Positions 28,095 through 37,258 of a stretch of 64,000 bases of DNA are shown piece by piece. The DNA is from an uncultured Candidatus Saccharibacteria bacterium. GTDB taxonomy: Bacteria; Patescibacteriota; Doudnabacteria; UBA920. A model generated the notes under the pieces. It did not search any database and was not told where the DNA came from. It saw nothing but the letters and a program-made list of their open reading frames with translations. The position numbers and the translations under genes were made by a program. Location: contig CAYYQK010000001.1 in the NCBI GenBank assembly GCA_964473815.1, positions 93,523 through 157,522 on the forward strand, given 5' to 3'. Numbering within the stretch: the first letter of the stretch is position 1; each line of letters opens with the position of its first letter.

Positions 28095-28703
28095 ATGAGA
28101 TATACAGGACCAAAAGTTAAAAGAGCCCGCCGTCTCGGCATGGCCTTTACCGATAAAGATGTTCGCATTTTGCAGCGCCGCCCAACCCCTCCGGGTCAAC
28201 ACGGTGCTAGCCGCGCCCGCGTTTCTGAATACGGTTTGCAGCTTCGCGAAAAGCAAAAAGCGAAAATCAATTACGGTGTACAAGAAAAACAATTCTTGCG
28301 TTACTTCGATAAAGCTTTGAACAAGCCAGGTGTAACCGGTGATTTGTTGCTAGAATTCTTAGAACTTCGCCTTGATAACATTGTTTATCGTTTAGGTTTT
28401 GCTGAAACCCGCGCGCAAGCTCGTCAGTTAGTCAGCCATGGATTCTTTGAAGTTAATGGTAAGAAAGTAGATATTCCTTCTTACGCAACCAAGCCCGGTG
28501 ATGTTGTCAGCGTTCGTGAAAACAAGCGCACCAGCAAGTACATGGAAGCTCGCAAAGAAAAGCTGAAGGGCGTACAGCCTCAGGAATGGGTATCACTAGA
28601 AGCCCAAAATTGGTCTGGAAAAGTGTTATCAACACCAACCCCAGAACAAATTGGTAATCAGATCAACACCCAGTTGATCGTTGAACACTACAGTCGTATT
28701 TAA
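28095..28703 (+). CDS. rpsD: 30S ribosomal protein S4
   Basis: MRYTGPKVKRARRLG..., an S4 domain. Confidence 0.9.
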   Translation: MRYTGPKVKRARRLGMAFTDKDVRILQRRPTPPGQHGASRARVSEYGLQLREKQKAKINYGVQEKQFLRYFDKALNKPGVTGDLLLEFLELRLDNIVYRLGFAETRAQARQLVSHGFFEVNGKKVDIPSYATKPGDVVSVRENKRTSKYMEARKEKLKGVQPQEWVSLEAQNWSGKVLSTPTPEQIGNQINTQLIVEHYSRI

Positions 28704-28799
28704 TTAATTTTTAATCAATTAATTGCTTTAAGGGGATCGAAACCACAAGACTATTGGACGTTTGAGAATAACGAGTCCCGCAAAGCAAAGAAGGTTTAT

Positions 28800-29777
28800 A
28801 TGGAACAAATTCCATTACCCAATCAAGCCCAAGCCGTACATTTGGGTGGCAACTCATACGAAGTGACTCTTGAGCCACTTTATCCAGGATATGGTGTTAC
28901 CATTGGTAACGCTATGCGCCGCGTATTGTTGTCTTCCATGCCAGGAGCAGCGGTAACCGCTGTAAAGATCAAGTATGTTGATCACGAATTCTCTACTGTA
29001 CCGAATGTAAAAGAAGATGTGATTCAAATCATTTTGAATCTAAAGCAATTGCGTTTGCGCAGTTTTTCTCGCGAACCAGTGCGCCTTACTTTGCAAGCCA
29101 AAGGTGAAGGTGTAATTACTGCAGAAAATATTTCTGGTAATGACCAGGTAGAAGTAGTAAACAAAGATTTGTACATTTGTACTTTAGATAACAAGAACGC
29201 AGACTTTGACATGGAACTTATTGTTGAACAAGGTCGTGGTTACGTTCCTGTAGAAGCTCGTGATGGCAGCGCCAAGCTCGAAGCTGGCATGTTGGCAATC
29301 GATGCTATCTACACCCCAGTACGCAGTGTTTACTTTGATGTTTCAAACGTTCGTGTTGGTCAAATGACTAACTTCGACAAACTTGTGTTGCGCATGGAGA
29401 CTGACGGTACTATTACTGGTGCTGAAGCAGTAGATATTGCATCACACATTTTAGTGGATCACTTTAGCATGTTGTTTAACAACGAAGGTGCAGCTCGCAT
29501 CGAAATGATGGCTACCCCTTTGGTTGAAGAAGCTCCATCTAGCGAAGTTGAAGATATGGCAGACATGCCAACTTCATTTGATGCTCCAACTGAAAACAGT
29601 GGCACCAGTTTGGATGAATTGAATCTTTCAAACCGCGCTAAAAATGCTTTAACCAAAGCTGGTATTAGCTCTGTAGAAGCTTTGCAAGGTTTGACCAACG
29701 ATGAAATTACTAACACTGCTGGTTTGGGTGAAAAGACTATTTCCGAAATTTTAGAAGTATTAGGACGCAATCAATAA
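28800..29777 (+). CDS. rpoA: DNA-directed RNA polymerase alpha subunit
   Basis: N-terminal dimerisation domain and C-terminal domain (LSNRAKNALTKAGISSVEALQ) in the conserved position between rpsD and rplQ. Confidence 0.9.
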   Translation: MEQIPLPNQAQAVHLGGNSYEVTLEPLYPGYGVTIGNAMRRVLLSSMPGAAVTAVKIKYVDHEFSTVPNVKEDVIQIILNLKQLRLRSFSREPVRLTLQAKGEGVITAENISGNDQVEVVNKDLYICTLDNKNADFDMELIVEQGRGYVPVEARDGSAKLEAGMLAIDAIYTPVRSVYFDVSNVRVGQMTNFDKLVLRMETDGTITGAEAVDIASHILVDHFSMLFNNEGAARIEMMATPLVEEAPSSEVEDMADMPTSFDAPTENSGTSLDELNLSNRAKNALTKAGISSVEALQGLTNDEITNTAGLGEKTISEILEVLGRNQ

Positions 29778-29780
29778 TTT

Positions 29781-30125
29781 ATGAGACACCTTAAGAAGAA
29801 AAAATTTGGTCGGGGAATGGATTCACGTCGCAAATTGTTGCGCTCTTTGGCGAGCTCCGCAATTTTGTACGAACGCATCGAAACCTCTTATTCCAATGCC
29901 CGCGCTGTAAAGCCTTACATTGAACGCCTAATTACTCGGGCTAAAGTAGACTCTTTGCACAATCGTCGTCACTTGTTGTCGAAATTGACCCGCAATGCCG
30001 CTGCTAAAGCCTTGGAAGTTTACGGTCCAAAGTATGCGACACGCAACGGTGGTTATGTACGCATGATGAAATTAAATGATCCGAAAGCCGGCAACTCGAA
30101 AGCGCTGTTGGAATTCGTAGAATAG
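29781..30125 (+). CDS. rplQ: 50S ribosomal protein L17
   Basis: LRSLASSAILYERIETSYSNARAVKPYIERLITRAK. Confidence 0.9.
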   Translation: MRHLKKKKFGRGMDSRRKLLRSLASSAILYERIETSYSNARAVKPYIERLITRAKVDSLHNRRHLLSKLTRNAAAKALEVYGPKYATRNGGYVRMMKLNDPKAGNSKALLEFVE

Positions 30126-30144
30126 GCTGAAAGGATATAAAGAA

Positions 30145-30573
30145 ATGTTAAAGACTCAGAAGATTACATTACCGAAAACTGTGACCCGCACTTGGCACGA
30201 AATTGATGCCTCCGGCGATACCATGGGCCGCGTGGCAACTAAGATTGCTAACTTGCTTCGTGGTAAGCACAAGCGCGATTTTACCCCACACATGGATATG
30301 GGTGATTTTGTTGTGGCTGTAAATGTCGACAAGATGAAATTCACTGGCCGCAAGATTGAACAGAAAAAGTATTATCACCACAGTGGTTACTTGGGTGGCT
30401 TGAAGACTAAGACTTTGAAAGATGAAATTGTCCGCAGTCCAGAGACTGTATTGCGTAAAGCCGTTTTCTCGATGATTGATGATATTAAATTCCGCAAGAA
30501 ATTGTTATCCCGCTTAAAGGTCGTAAAGGGTACAACTCACTCTTACAAGATTGATAAGAAAGGAAGCAAATAA
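30145..30573 (+). CDS. rplM: 50S ribosomal protein L13
   Basis: TWHEIDASGDTMGRVATKIANLLRGKHKRDFTPHMDMGDFVV. Confidence 0.9.
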   Translation: MLKTQKITLPKTVTRTWHEIDASGDTMGRVATKIANLLRGKHKRDFTPHMDMGDFVVAVNVDKMKFTGRKIEQKKYYHHSGYLGGLKTKTLKDEIVRSPETVLRKAVFSMIDDIKFRKKLLSRLKVVKGTTHSYKIDKKGSK

Positions 30574-30575
30574 TT

Positions 30576-31139
30576 ATGGCTGAAAAAGATACAAAAGAAG
30601 TGAAGAAGCCGGTTGCTAAGAAGGCTGTTGCAAAAAAGGTAACTGCACCGCGTAAGCCTGCTCCTAAGCCACAGGCTGAGAAGGTTGAAGCTCCTGTTGT
30701 TGCAGAAACTACAACTGCCGAAGTTGCATTTGCAAAACCAACTATTGCTAAAGGCAAATACGTATTCGCTACTGGTCGCCGTAAAACAGCTGTTGCAAAT
30801 GTGCGTTTGTTTGCTGGAACGAGCGACAGTTTGATTAACAAGAAGAAAATGGATGATTACTTTGGTCAGCCAAATTTGCGCGATGCAGCAATGCGTCCGC
30901 TTGCTTTGACTGGTTTGATGGGTGACTTCCATATTGTTGCTAGCGTAAACGGTGGCGGTATCGCTGCCCAGTCTGAAGCAGTTCGTCATGGAATTGCTCA
31001 AGCCTTGGCTTCGATGAACGCAGACATGAAGACTGTTTTGAAGAAGAATGGTTTTCTAACTCGTGATGACCGCGAAAAAGAACGCAAGAAACCAGGTTTG
31101 CGCCGTGCGCGCCGCGCTCCACAGTGGGCTAAGCGTTAA
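30576..31139 (+). CDS. rpsI: 30S ribosomal protein S9 with a Lys/Ala-rich N-terminal extension of about 55 aa
   Basis: S9 core YVFATGRRKTAVANVRLF...RRARRAPQWAKR preceded by AKKAVAKK repeats. Confidence 0.85.
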   Translation: MAEKDTKEVKKPVAKKAVAKKVTAPRKPAPKPQAEKVEAPVVAETTTAEVAFAKPTIAKGKYVFATGRRKTAVANVRLFAGTSDSLINKKKMDDYFGQPNLRDAAMRPLALTGLMGDFHIVASVNGGGIAAQSEAVRHGIAQALASMNADMKTVLKKNGFLTRDDREKERKKPGLRRARRAPQWAKR

Positions 31140-31168
31140 TCGAAAAAGCGAAAATTTTGTAAAATTTT

Positions 31169-31194
31169 AAACTCCCCGAAAGGGGAGTTTTTAT
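31169..31194 (+). terminator. Strong rho-independent terminator after rpsI
   Basis: aactcccc-gaaa-ggggagtt followed by TTTT. Confidence 0.7.
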
Positions 31195-31360
31195 TTATAC
31201 AGCGCTTATTTCAAGGGCATTTTTTAAAAACTCCTTTTTTATTGACAGATTTTCAACTCAATGCCATATTAGTTATATATAACTAAATTTTTAATAAACT
31301 CCTCATAAAAAGGAGTTATTATCAGTTTGAGAACTAAAGTATAATTAATCTTTTAAATAT

Positions 31361-34300
31361 ATGGCCACTCGACCACCTACGCCGGCACAAGCTCGGTATA
31401 GAATGCGCTTTACCGTGCATCAAATTCCTGACCCCGCTCCAAAGCAATTTTTTCACCTTAACCGCATAATGCTTGGGAAGGCGCTAGCTTTTGTGGCGGT
31501 TTTTTCTTTATTACTAAATAGTATCGGAGCTGCGCAAGCTAAGACAGATAAAGTATCAGTCTGTCATAAGACCGGCAATGGATTTCAATTACTGGAAGAT
31601 ATAGCTGATAACGCTTTACCTGGTCACTTAGGCCACGGGGATATTTACCCAGTACCGGCGAATGGCTGTCCTGAGACTCTGCCCGAAAGTACCGCAACCG
31701 TTACAATTGTAAAATATATTGACGGAGTCCCTGCTACAGCTGAACTGGCCCACAGCGCAGAATTTCCTATGACCGCAACCTGGAATGCAACGAATATTGG
31801 TCCTGGCAGTGGTAATTATACCTTAGGTCCGACTGGTTATAACAATAACAACCCCTATCAAGCCACCACATCAGCAATGACAACTGGGGCTAGTTATACA
31901 ACTTCTGAATTAACAAATACCGCTGTAGTCGGTACTAATTGCGAAGGGAATAATGCCTTTGCTTTAAGTGGATATTCATTGGGCAATACTTTGTCGGATG
32001 CAGAATCAGCTTTGGTATCAGTTGATGCTCCTGCTCTAACTAATTTAAGTTCAGATAAATACATTATTGTTTGGAATAAGGATTGTAGTAAAGTTGTACC
32101 GCCGGTGAATGTTGATTTTGAAATTAATAAAGTTTGGGAAGACGCCCAAGGTGCTCCAATTGATGCTCCTAATAACAAGGATGACATTAGTATTACGGTA
32201 AGCCACGATAGCGATTCATTAAATTGTAAATATACGGACGGAAATTTCGGTTGCGATGGAGATGGGGTTTTGAGCGGGCTTTCAACCGATACATTCAATA
32301 TCACTGAGACAGGTGTGCCAGCAGGTTGGTCTGCAGATCCTCAGACTGTGGGGGAAAACATCGCCGCGAATTGTCCGGCAGACGTTGAGGATGGAGATAC
32401 ATGTACTATAACAATCGTCAATAAGCTCAGTTCAATCTCACCATGTAATACAGAGCTGATAATTAATGGCGGCTTTGAAGCGCCGTTGGTAACTGATTCT
32501 AATAATTGGCAATTATTCCCATCAGGTACTGAAAATCTGGGGTGGTCTGCCGATGCCGCCGGTACAACTACTAACGGTAATTTAGAAATACAAGCCGGAG
32601 TCTTTGGCTGGAATGCGCATAGCGGCAACCAATTTGCAGAAGTTGATTCAGATAAATCAATGAGTTATTCACAGGACTTAATCACAGTTCCCGGTGGAAT
32701 TTATACGGTTACTTTGTGGTCATCTCCTCGTCCTGGTCAATCAGCCAGTGAAAATAAAACTGAAGTGAAAGCCGGGGCAACAGTGTTAGATATAATTTCG
32801 GAAGATGGTACTAGCCTAAGCCAAACCAATTGGACAGAGCATACGTATACATTTACGGCAGCAACGCCGATCACTCATTTTAGCCTGACGGATGTAGGGC
32901 CAAGCAATGGTTTGGGTGGCTTATTTGACGATGTAAGCGTTAAGCAGCAATGTGTTTCTCAAGTGACGTTATGTAAAAAGGATAACCACGACAATCCACT
33001 TTCTGGGTGGGAGCTGTATTTGAAAGGTCCAAAAATTGAGACAGTGAATGTGCCTTCAACCAACGGATTGGATGTTTCAACAAGCACATTGCCTGCCGGC
33101 GACTATGCTTTAGAAGCTAGTGGTACCTATGTTTATCGCCCAAACGATCCGAGTGCTTCAATTTCCGATGCGGCGTTTTCTAAAAGACTGCCATCAGATT
33201 CCGTTTATTCCATTGGAACGTCTCAGCCGTGGGTTCGCGTCAATGATTTCCCAAGTCCTTATCAAGGTTACTTAGGAATTCAAGTGGATGATACTAACAA
33301 TTTTGATTGGGGGTCTACCTTTAGCGCCACTCATAATTACACAGGAAATAAAACTTTAGCAGTTGACGGACAAATTAAATTCCGCATATTGGACGATAAC
33401 TATTCTGATAATAGTGGTGATTTGAGCGTTGATATATATCCGATTATCAAAGGCACTACAGGTGATAATGGTTGTGTGACTTTGCCGAATATACAATTTG
33501 ATACCTATACCGTAGGGGAAGTGATGCAGGATGGCTGGAGTAATGTCAGTGGTAATGGAGTGACTGCAGTTATTAATGAAAGCACGGAAAATTATACTGT
33601 AGTTAATCGTTGTGATAGCAATTGTAAATCCACAGTGACGGTTTGTAAGAAGGATAGTAGCGGAAATCCTCTTGCAGGGTGGGATGTGTTCTTGAAGGGC
33701 TCATTGCTTGAAACTGTTTCTGTAAATTCTAATAATGTTGCTGGCGCAGATTCAACGAATAGTCTTGTTGCCGGTCAAAAGTATGCTGTGGATGTCTCGG
33801 GAACCTGGCAAAACCGGGGTTTTGAGACCGTAGATGCCAGTTATACATCCCCCGATGGTTGGACCACCGTACTGGCAGCTCCGCAAGGTGGGTTTCCTGA
33901 CAATTTGCTGGAAATGCAAATTGACCACAACTTTATCGATTGGGGAGCGTATGCCAATGATCATAAATATCACACTGTGATAACTGGAACCGGAGCACCA
34001 GTAAACTTCGGAGTGTTTGATATTAATGACGATACTTATACTCCAGACCCTAGCTGGTACGGAGACAATATCGGTAATCTGACAATAAAAATTTATCCTA
34101 TTTACGAAGGCGTAACTACAGCCCAAAATGGCTGTGCGACTTTGGAAAATGTACCTTTTGGTAATTATGCTTTGGGGGAAGTGATGCAAGATGGTTGGGT
34201 AAACGAAAGCGGTGATGGTACATCGGTTCATGTCGTTAAACCAATCGAGCCGGGCCCAAACACCGAAATAAACCCATTCACTCTTGTAAATTCCTGTCAG

Positions 34301-36037
34301 TCTGAATCTTGCAGGACAGTTCCTCAGCTGCATCTAGTTAAAGTGGTCTGTTCTAGTTTTGGCGACATCAAAGGAAATGCAAATGCTGATACATACGACG
34401 CCACTGGCGGCAAATATAATTTGTTTAGCAACTATCCAAACTTTGACGGCGTGGTTGAACCTATTAGCCCCGCTGAAATTCCGGAAAATTGTAATACTCA
34501 GTCAGGCTGGAACTTTAAGCTTTCTACCGATATCGAACAAAATGATAATTCCCAAACAGTTACTACTGGAAACTCAGGAGAATATGTTACCCCGATTTCC
34601 GGCAATGACTCTGGATTAAATCCTGTATTGCAAACAGCTATTGCAAACGGTTCGTTATACGTAAGTGAAGTCACTCAAGACGGGTATGATTTTGGTGCTT
34701 TGCGCTGTTATAACGACGCTCTCAATGGCGATAATAAAGAATTAATTAATTTGGGCGAAAGCCAACCGGCAAATATTTATTGTATTGCATACAATGTCAG
34801 CCAGGTAAAACCTTGTGTGGTGGAGCCGATCACAAATGTATTAAGCAGTACTGATACACAATTCTTGGGACTTAAAGAAGGTGGGTCAGCACCGGCTGAT
34901 CTTTCCGATCCAACTGATTATCCATCTGGCACAGCTGGACCAGCTCAAACAGCAGGTCCAACAGGGTATCCTGGGGCATGGGATGGCTCAGCGAACGATT
35001 CTAGCGTCTCTGGTGCAGTTTATATCAGCAATGACTCTACTCAACCAACCAACAGCGGCGGACTCGGCTACGACGGTTCGGTGGATTCGTGGCGATTATT
35101 TAGTCAGACGTTCACAATCCCGGCGGGGGCAGTGAGTATTTCCACTCCTTCATTGCATTTTGCTGCTGACAACGAAGTCACTGTATTCTTAGATGATGCC
35201 CAAATTGGTACCAGTAATAGTTTTAGTTCTATCACAACAGTTGGACCGATCACTCTAACCGCCGGAACTCACACTTTGAAATTTGCAGTTAAGAATTATG
35301 CATTTGATCAAACTAATAATCCGACAGGAGTAATTTATAAGTTGGATAATATCTCCTACCAATGTAGTAATGGTGGTGGAGATTCAGACAAACACACCAT
35401 TTCCGGAATTGTTTACAATGACAACAACACCCAAAATGGCACATATAACGACGGTGAAGCAGGATTGCCGGGTTGGACTGTGTATATTGATGCAAACGAC
35501 AATGGAACTTTGGATTCTGGAGAAGAAACTACTACTTCCGGTGCAGACGGGCATTATAGCTTTACAAACTTACCATCAGATTGTTATGTAATACGAGAGG
35601 TCGTGAATGACGGTTGGAATCAAACCGGTCCGGTTGGTCCACCTGCCAATAAATATCAATTTGGTATTGGTTCGGGAAATTGTGATGAGTCCCTGACTAT
35701 TGTAGGAAAAGTTTTAGGGTCGGTTATTCATACGGCAAATGCCTTAACGATCAACCCTGACCCAACCGATGCTAATTTTGGGAACATAATCACCACTAAT
35801 AATACTGGTGGAAGTAGTGGAAGTAGCAGAACAAACATCCCACAGGGACGAGTATTGGGAGATACCACAAATATTCCTTACATTGACCCTGGTACCAATG
35901 GCCAAGTTTTGGGTGCATCCACAACCTTGCCTGTAACTGGGAACACTATGAATATACTTTGGGCTTTATTGGCATTAACTGCTGTTATTGTCTTACCAGC
36001 AAAAATCGTTCTCAAAATGAAGAAAGAAAATTCTTAA
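31361..36037 (+). CDS. Giant (about 1558 aa) LPXTG-anchored surface protein / adhesin with Cna-B/SdrD-B-like repeat domains
   Basis: Signal peptide MLGKALAFVAVFSLLLNSIGAAQA (an alternative start at ATG 31469 is possible). Repeated modules include TxCKKDxxxNPLxGW and GCxTLxNxxFxxYxxGEVMQDGW. An SdrD-B-like segment YNDNNTQNGTYNDGEAGLPGWTVYIDANDNGTLDSGEETTTSGADGHYSF. C-terminal sorting signal LPVTG, hydrophobic stretch, then KMKKENS. Confidence 0.75.
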   Translation: MATRPPTPAQARYRMRFTVHQIPDPAPKQFFHLNRIMLGKALAFVAVFSLLLNSIGAAQAKTDKVSVCHKTGNGFQLLEDIADNALPGHLGHGDIYPVPANGCPETLPESTATVTIVKYIDGVPATAELAHSAEFPMTATWNATNIGPGSGNYTLGPTGYNNNNPYQATTSAMTTGASYTTSELTNTAVVGTNCEGNNAFALSGYSLGNTLSDAESALVSVDAPALTNLSSDKYIIVWNKDCSKVVPPVNVDFEINKVWEDAQGAPIDAPNNKDDISITVSHDSDSLNCKYTDGNFGCDGDGVLSGLSTDTFNITETGVPAGWSADPQTVGENIAANCPADVEDGDTCTITIVNKLSSISPCNTELIINGGFEAPLVTDSNNWQLFPSGTENLGWSADAAGTTTNGNLEIQAGVFGWNAHSGNQFAEVDSDKSMSYSQDLITVPGGIYTVTLWSSPRPGQSASENKTEVKAGATVLDIISEDGTSLSQTNWTEHTYTFTAATPITHFSLTDVGPSNGLGGLFDDVSVKQQCVSQVTLCKKDNHDNPLSGWELYLKGPKIETVNVPSTNGLDVSTSTLPAGDYALEASGTYVYRPNDPSASISDAAFSKRLPSDSVYSIGTSQPWVRVNDFPSPYQGYLGIQVDDTNNFDWGSTFSATHNYTGNKTLAVDGQIKFRILDDNYSDNSGDLSVDIYPIIKGTTGDNGCVTLPNIQFDTYTVGEVMQDGWSNVSGNGVTAVINESTENYTVVNRCDSNCKSTVTVCKKDSSGNPLAGWDVFLKGSLLETVSVNSNNVAGADSTNSLVAGQKYAVDVSGTWQNRGFETVDASYTSPDGWTTVLAAPQGGFPDNLLEMQIDHNFIDWGAYANDHKYHTVITGTGAPVNFGVFDINDDTYTPDPSWYGDNIGNLTIKIYPIYEGVTTAQNGCATLENVPFGNYALGEVMQDGWVNESGDGTSVHVVKPIEPGPNTEINPFTLVNSCQSESCRTVPQLHLVKVVCSSFGDIKGNANADTYDATGGKYNLFSNYPNFDGVVEPISPAEIPENCNTQSGWNFKLSTDIEQNDNSQTVTTGNSGEYVTPISGNDSGLNPVLQTAIANGSLYVSEVTQDGYDFGALRCYNDALNGDNKELINLGESQPANIYCIAYNVSQVKPCVVEPITNVLSSTDTQFLGLKEGGSAPADLSDPTDYPSGTAGPAQTAGPTGYPGAWDGSANDSSVSGAVYISNDSTQPTNSGGLGYDGSVDSWRLFSQTFTIPAGAVSISTPSLHFAADNEVTVFLDDAQIGTSNSFSSITTVGPITLTAGTHTLKFAVKNYAFDQTNNPTGVIYKLDNISYQCSNGGGDSDKHTISGIVYNDNNTQNGTYNDGEAGLPGWTVYIDANDNGTLDSGEETTTSGADGHYSFTNLPSDCYVIREVVNDGWNQTGPVGPPANKYQFGIGSGNCDESLTIVGKVLGSVIHTANALTINPDPTDANFGNIITTNNTGGSSGSSRTNIPQGRVLGDTTNIPYIDPGTNGQVLGASTTLPVTGNTMNILWALLALTAVIVLPAKIVLKMKKENS

Positions 36038-36051
36038 CTTTAAGTAAACAT

Positions 36052-36087
36052 ACAACTACCCCGGGGAGGGGTAGTTGTATGTTTTTT
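36052..36087 (+). terminator. Rho-independent terminator after the LPXTG protein gene
   Basis: 11-bp perfect stem acaactacccc / ggggtagttgt, loop gggga, then TGTTTTTT. Confidence 0.7.
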
Positions 36088-36151
36088 GTGGATAATTATT
36101 TTATAAAAGTGGGTCGCGTGGCGTTGGTTTACACGCCGGTGAAGTTTAATT

Positions 36152-36748
36152 ATGCCTAAGATATTAATTAAAATATTATCGGGTTTCTTAATTTTATTGC
36201 TGTTGGCAATAATTGCTTATGTTGTTTTAAACGCAACGTATTTTTCAAAGCAATTTGAATTTAAATTTAATCCACCAGTCCCAGCTCCGCCAGTAAATCA
36301 AAATAATATCAAAGGCGACCCTAATCAAGTAGAAATTCCCAGCTTGGGAATCAAAGCGCCAATTGTAGAACCTATATCAAACAAAGAGACAGATTTTCAA
36401 GAAGCATTAAAAACAGGCGTGGTTCATTTCCCCGGCTCTGCAAAAGTAGGGGAAGAAGGTAATATGTATATCTTTGGACACTCGTCGGACTTTGCGTTCA
36501 AAGCAGGTTCGTATAAAACCGTGTTCGCATTATTACCTAACATCAAAAATAATGCTGAGATTATCGTTACAAACAATGAGGGTACAAAATTTACTTATAT
36601 TGTAACAGGTCAGAAGATAGTTCGTTCGAATGATACGTCAGTGTTAGATCAAAATACTCACGGAAAAAAAATATTAACCCTGCAAACATCGTACCCGATT
36701 GGAACTGCGCTAAAAAGATATATTGTAATTGCAGAGTTCAAAGAATAG
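36152..36748 (+). CDS. Sortase-family protein with Ser in place of the catalytic Cys (TLQTS instead of TLxTC)
   Basis: N-terminal TM anchor. Sortase His motif NMYIFGHSSDF. Beta-strand region LTLQTSYPIGTALKRYIV aligns to the LTLITCTPYG....R motif of class C/E sortases with a conserved Arg. The codon is TCG (Ser). Confidence 0.6.
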   Translation: MPKILIKILSGFLILLLLAIIAYVVLNATYFSKQFEFKFNPPVPAPPVNQNNIKGDPNQVEIPSLGIKAPIVEPISNKETDFQEALKTGVVHFPGSAKVGEEGNMYIFGHSSDFAFKAGSYKTVFALLPNIKNNAEIIVTNNEGTKFTYIVTGQKIVRSNDTSVLDQNTHGKKILTLQTSYPIGTALKRYIVIAEFKE

Positions 36749-36842
36749 CGCTTAGATAAGAGGAATTTTTCTTAGATTATCAAGAAAATATCAAATTTCC
36801 TAGGAAAACCCTTGACATATCCCAGAAAATCCTTGATTTTAC

Positions 36843-36870
36843 AGGGGAATTTGCTAATATGAATTCGTAA
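36843..36870 (+). promoter_or_regulatory. Sigma-70-like promoter upstream of hup
   Basis: TTGATT (36843-36848), 16-nt spacer, TAATAT (36865-36870). A second TTGACA lies 25 nt upstream. Confidence 0.45.
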
Positions 36871-36929
36871 TCATTTTAACCAATCCAGCTCTTCCCGTAA
36901 GGTAGTGCCATGGATTTAAGGATACAAAC

Positions 36930-37202
36930 ATGACTAAGTCAGAGACTTTGCAAACCTTGGCGGAAACAACTGGCCGTACCAAGAAAGAAGTAAGCGAAAT
37001 GTTGGATGCTATGGTAGCTCTAGCTTACAAAGAAACTAAGAAGAGTGGTGAATTCACTATTCCTGGTCTAGGTAAACTAAAGAAGAAGCACCGCGCTGCA
37101 CGCGAAGGTCGCAATCCAGCAACTGGCGCTACTATCCAAATTCCAGCTAAGACTGTTGTAAAGTTTACAGTTGCAAAAGCTGCAAAGGACTCTATCCTTT
37201 AA
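36930..37202 (+). CDS. hup: DNA-binding protein HU
   Basis: MTKSETLQTLAETTGRTKKEVSEMLDAMVALAYKE...GRNPATGATIQIPAKTVVKFTVAKAAKDSI. Confidence 0.85.
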   Translation: MTKSETLQTLAETTGRTKKEVSEMLDAMVALAYKETKKSGEFTIPGLGKLKKKHRAAREGRNPATGATIQIPAKTVVKFTVAKAAKDSIL

Positions 37203-37258
37203 TTGAAATTGATAAAACCCTGGTCGAAAGGCTGGGGTTTTTGTTATATAATTTTGCT

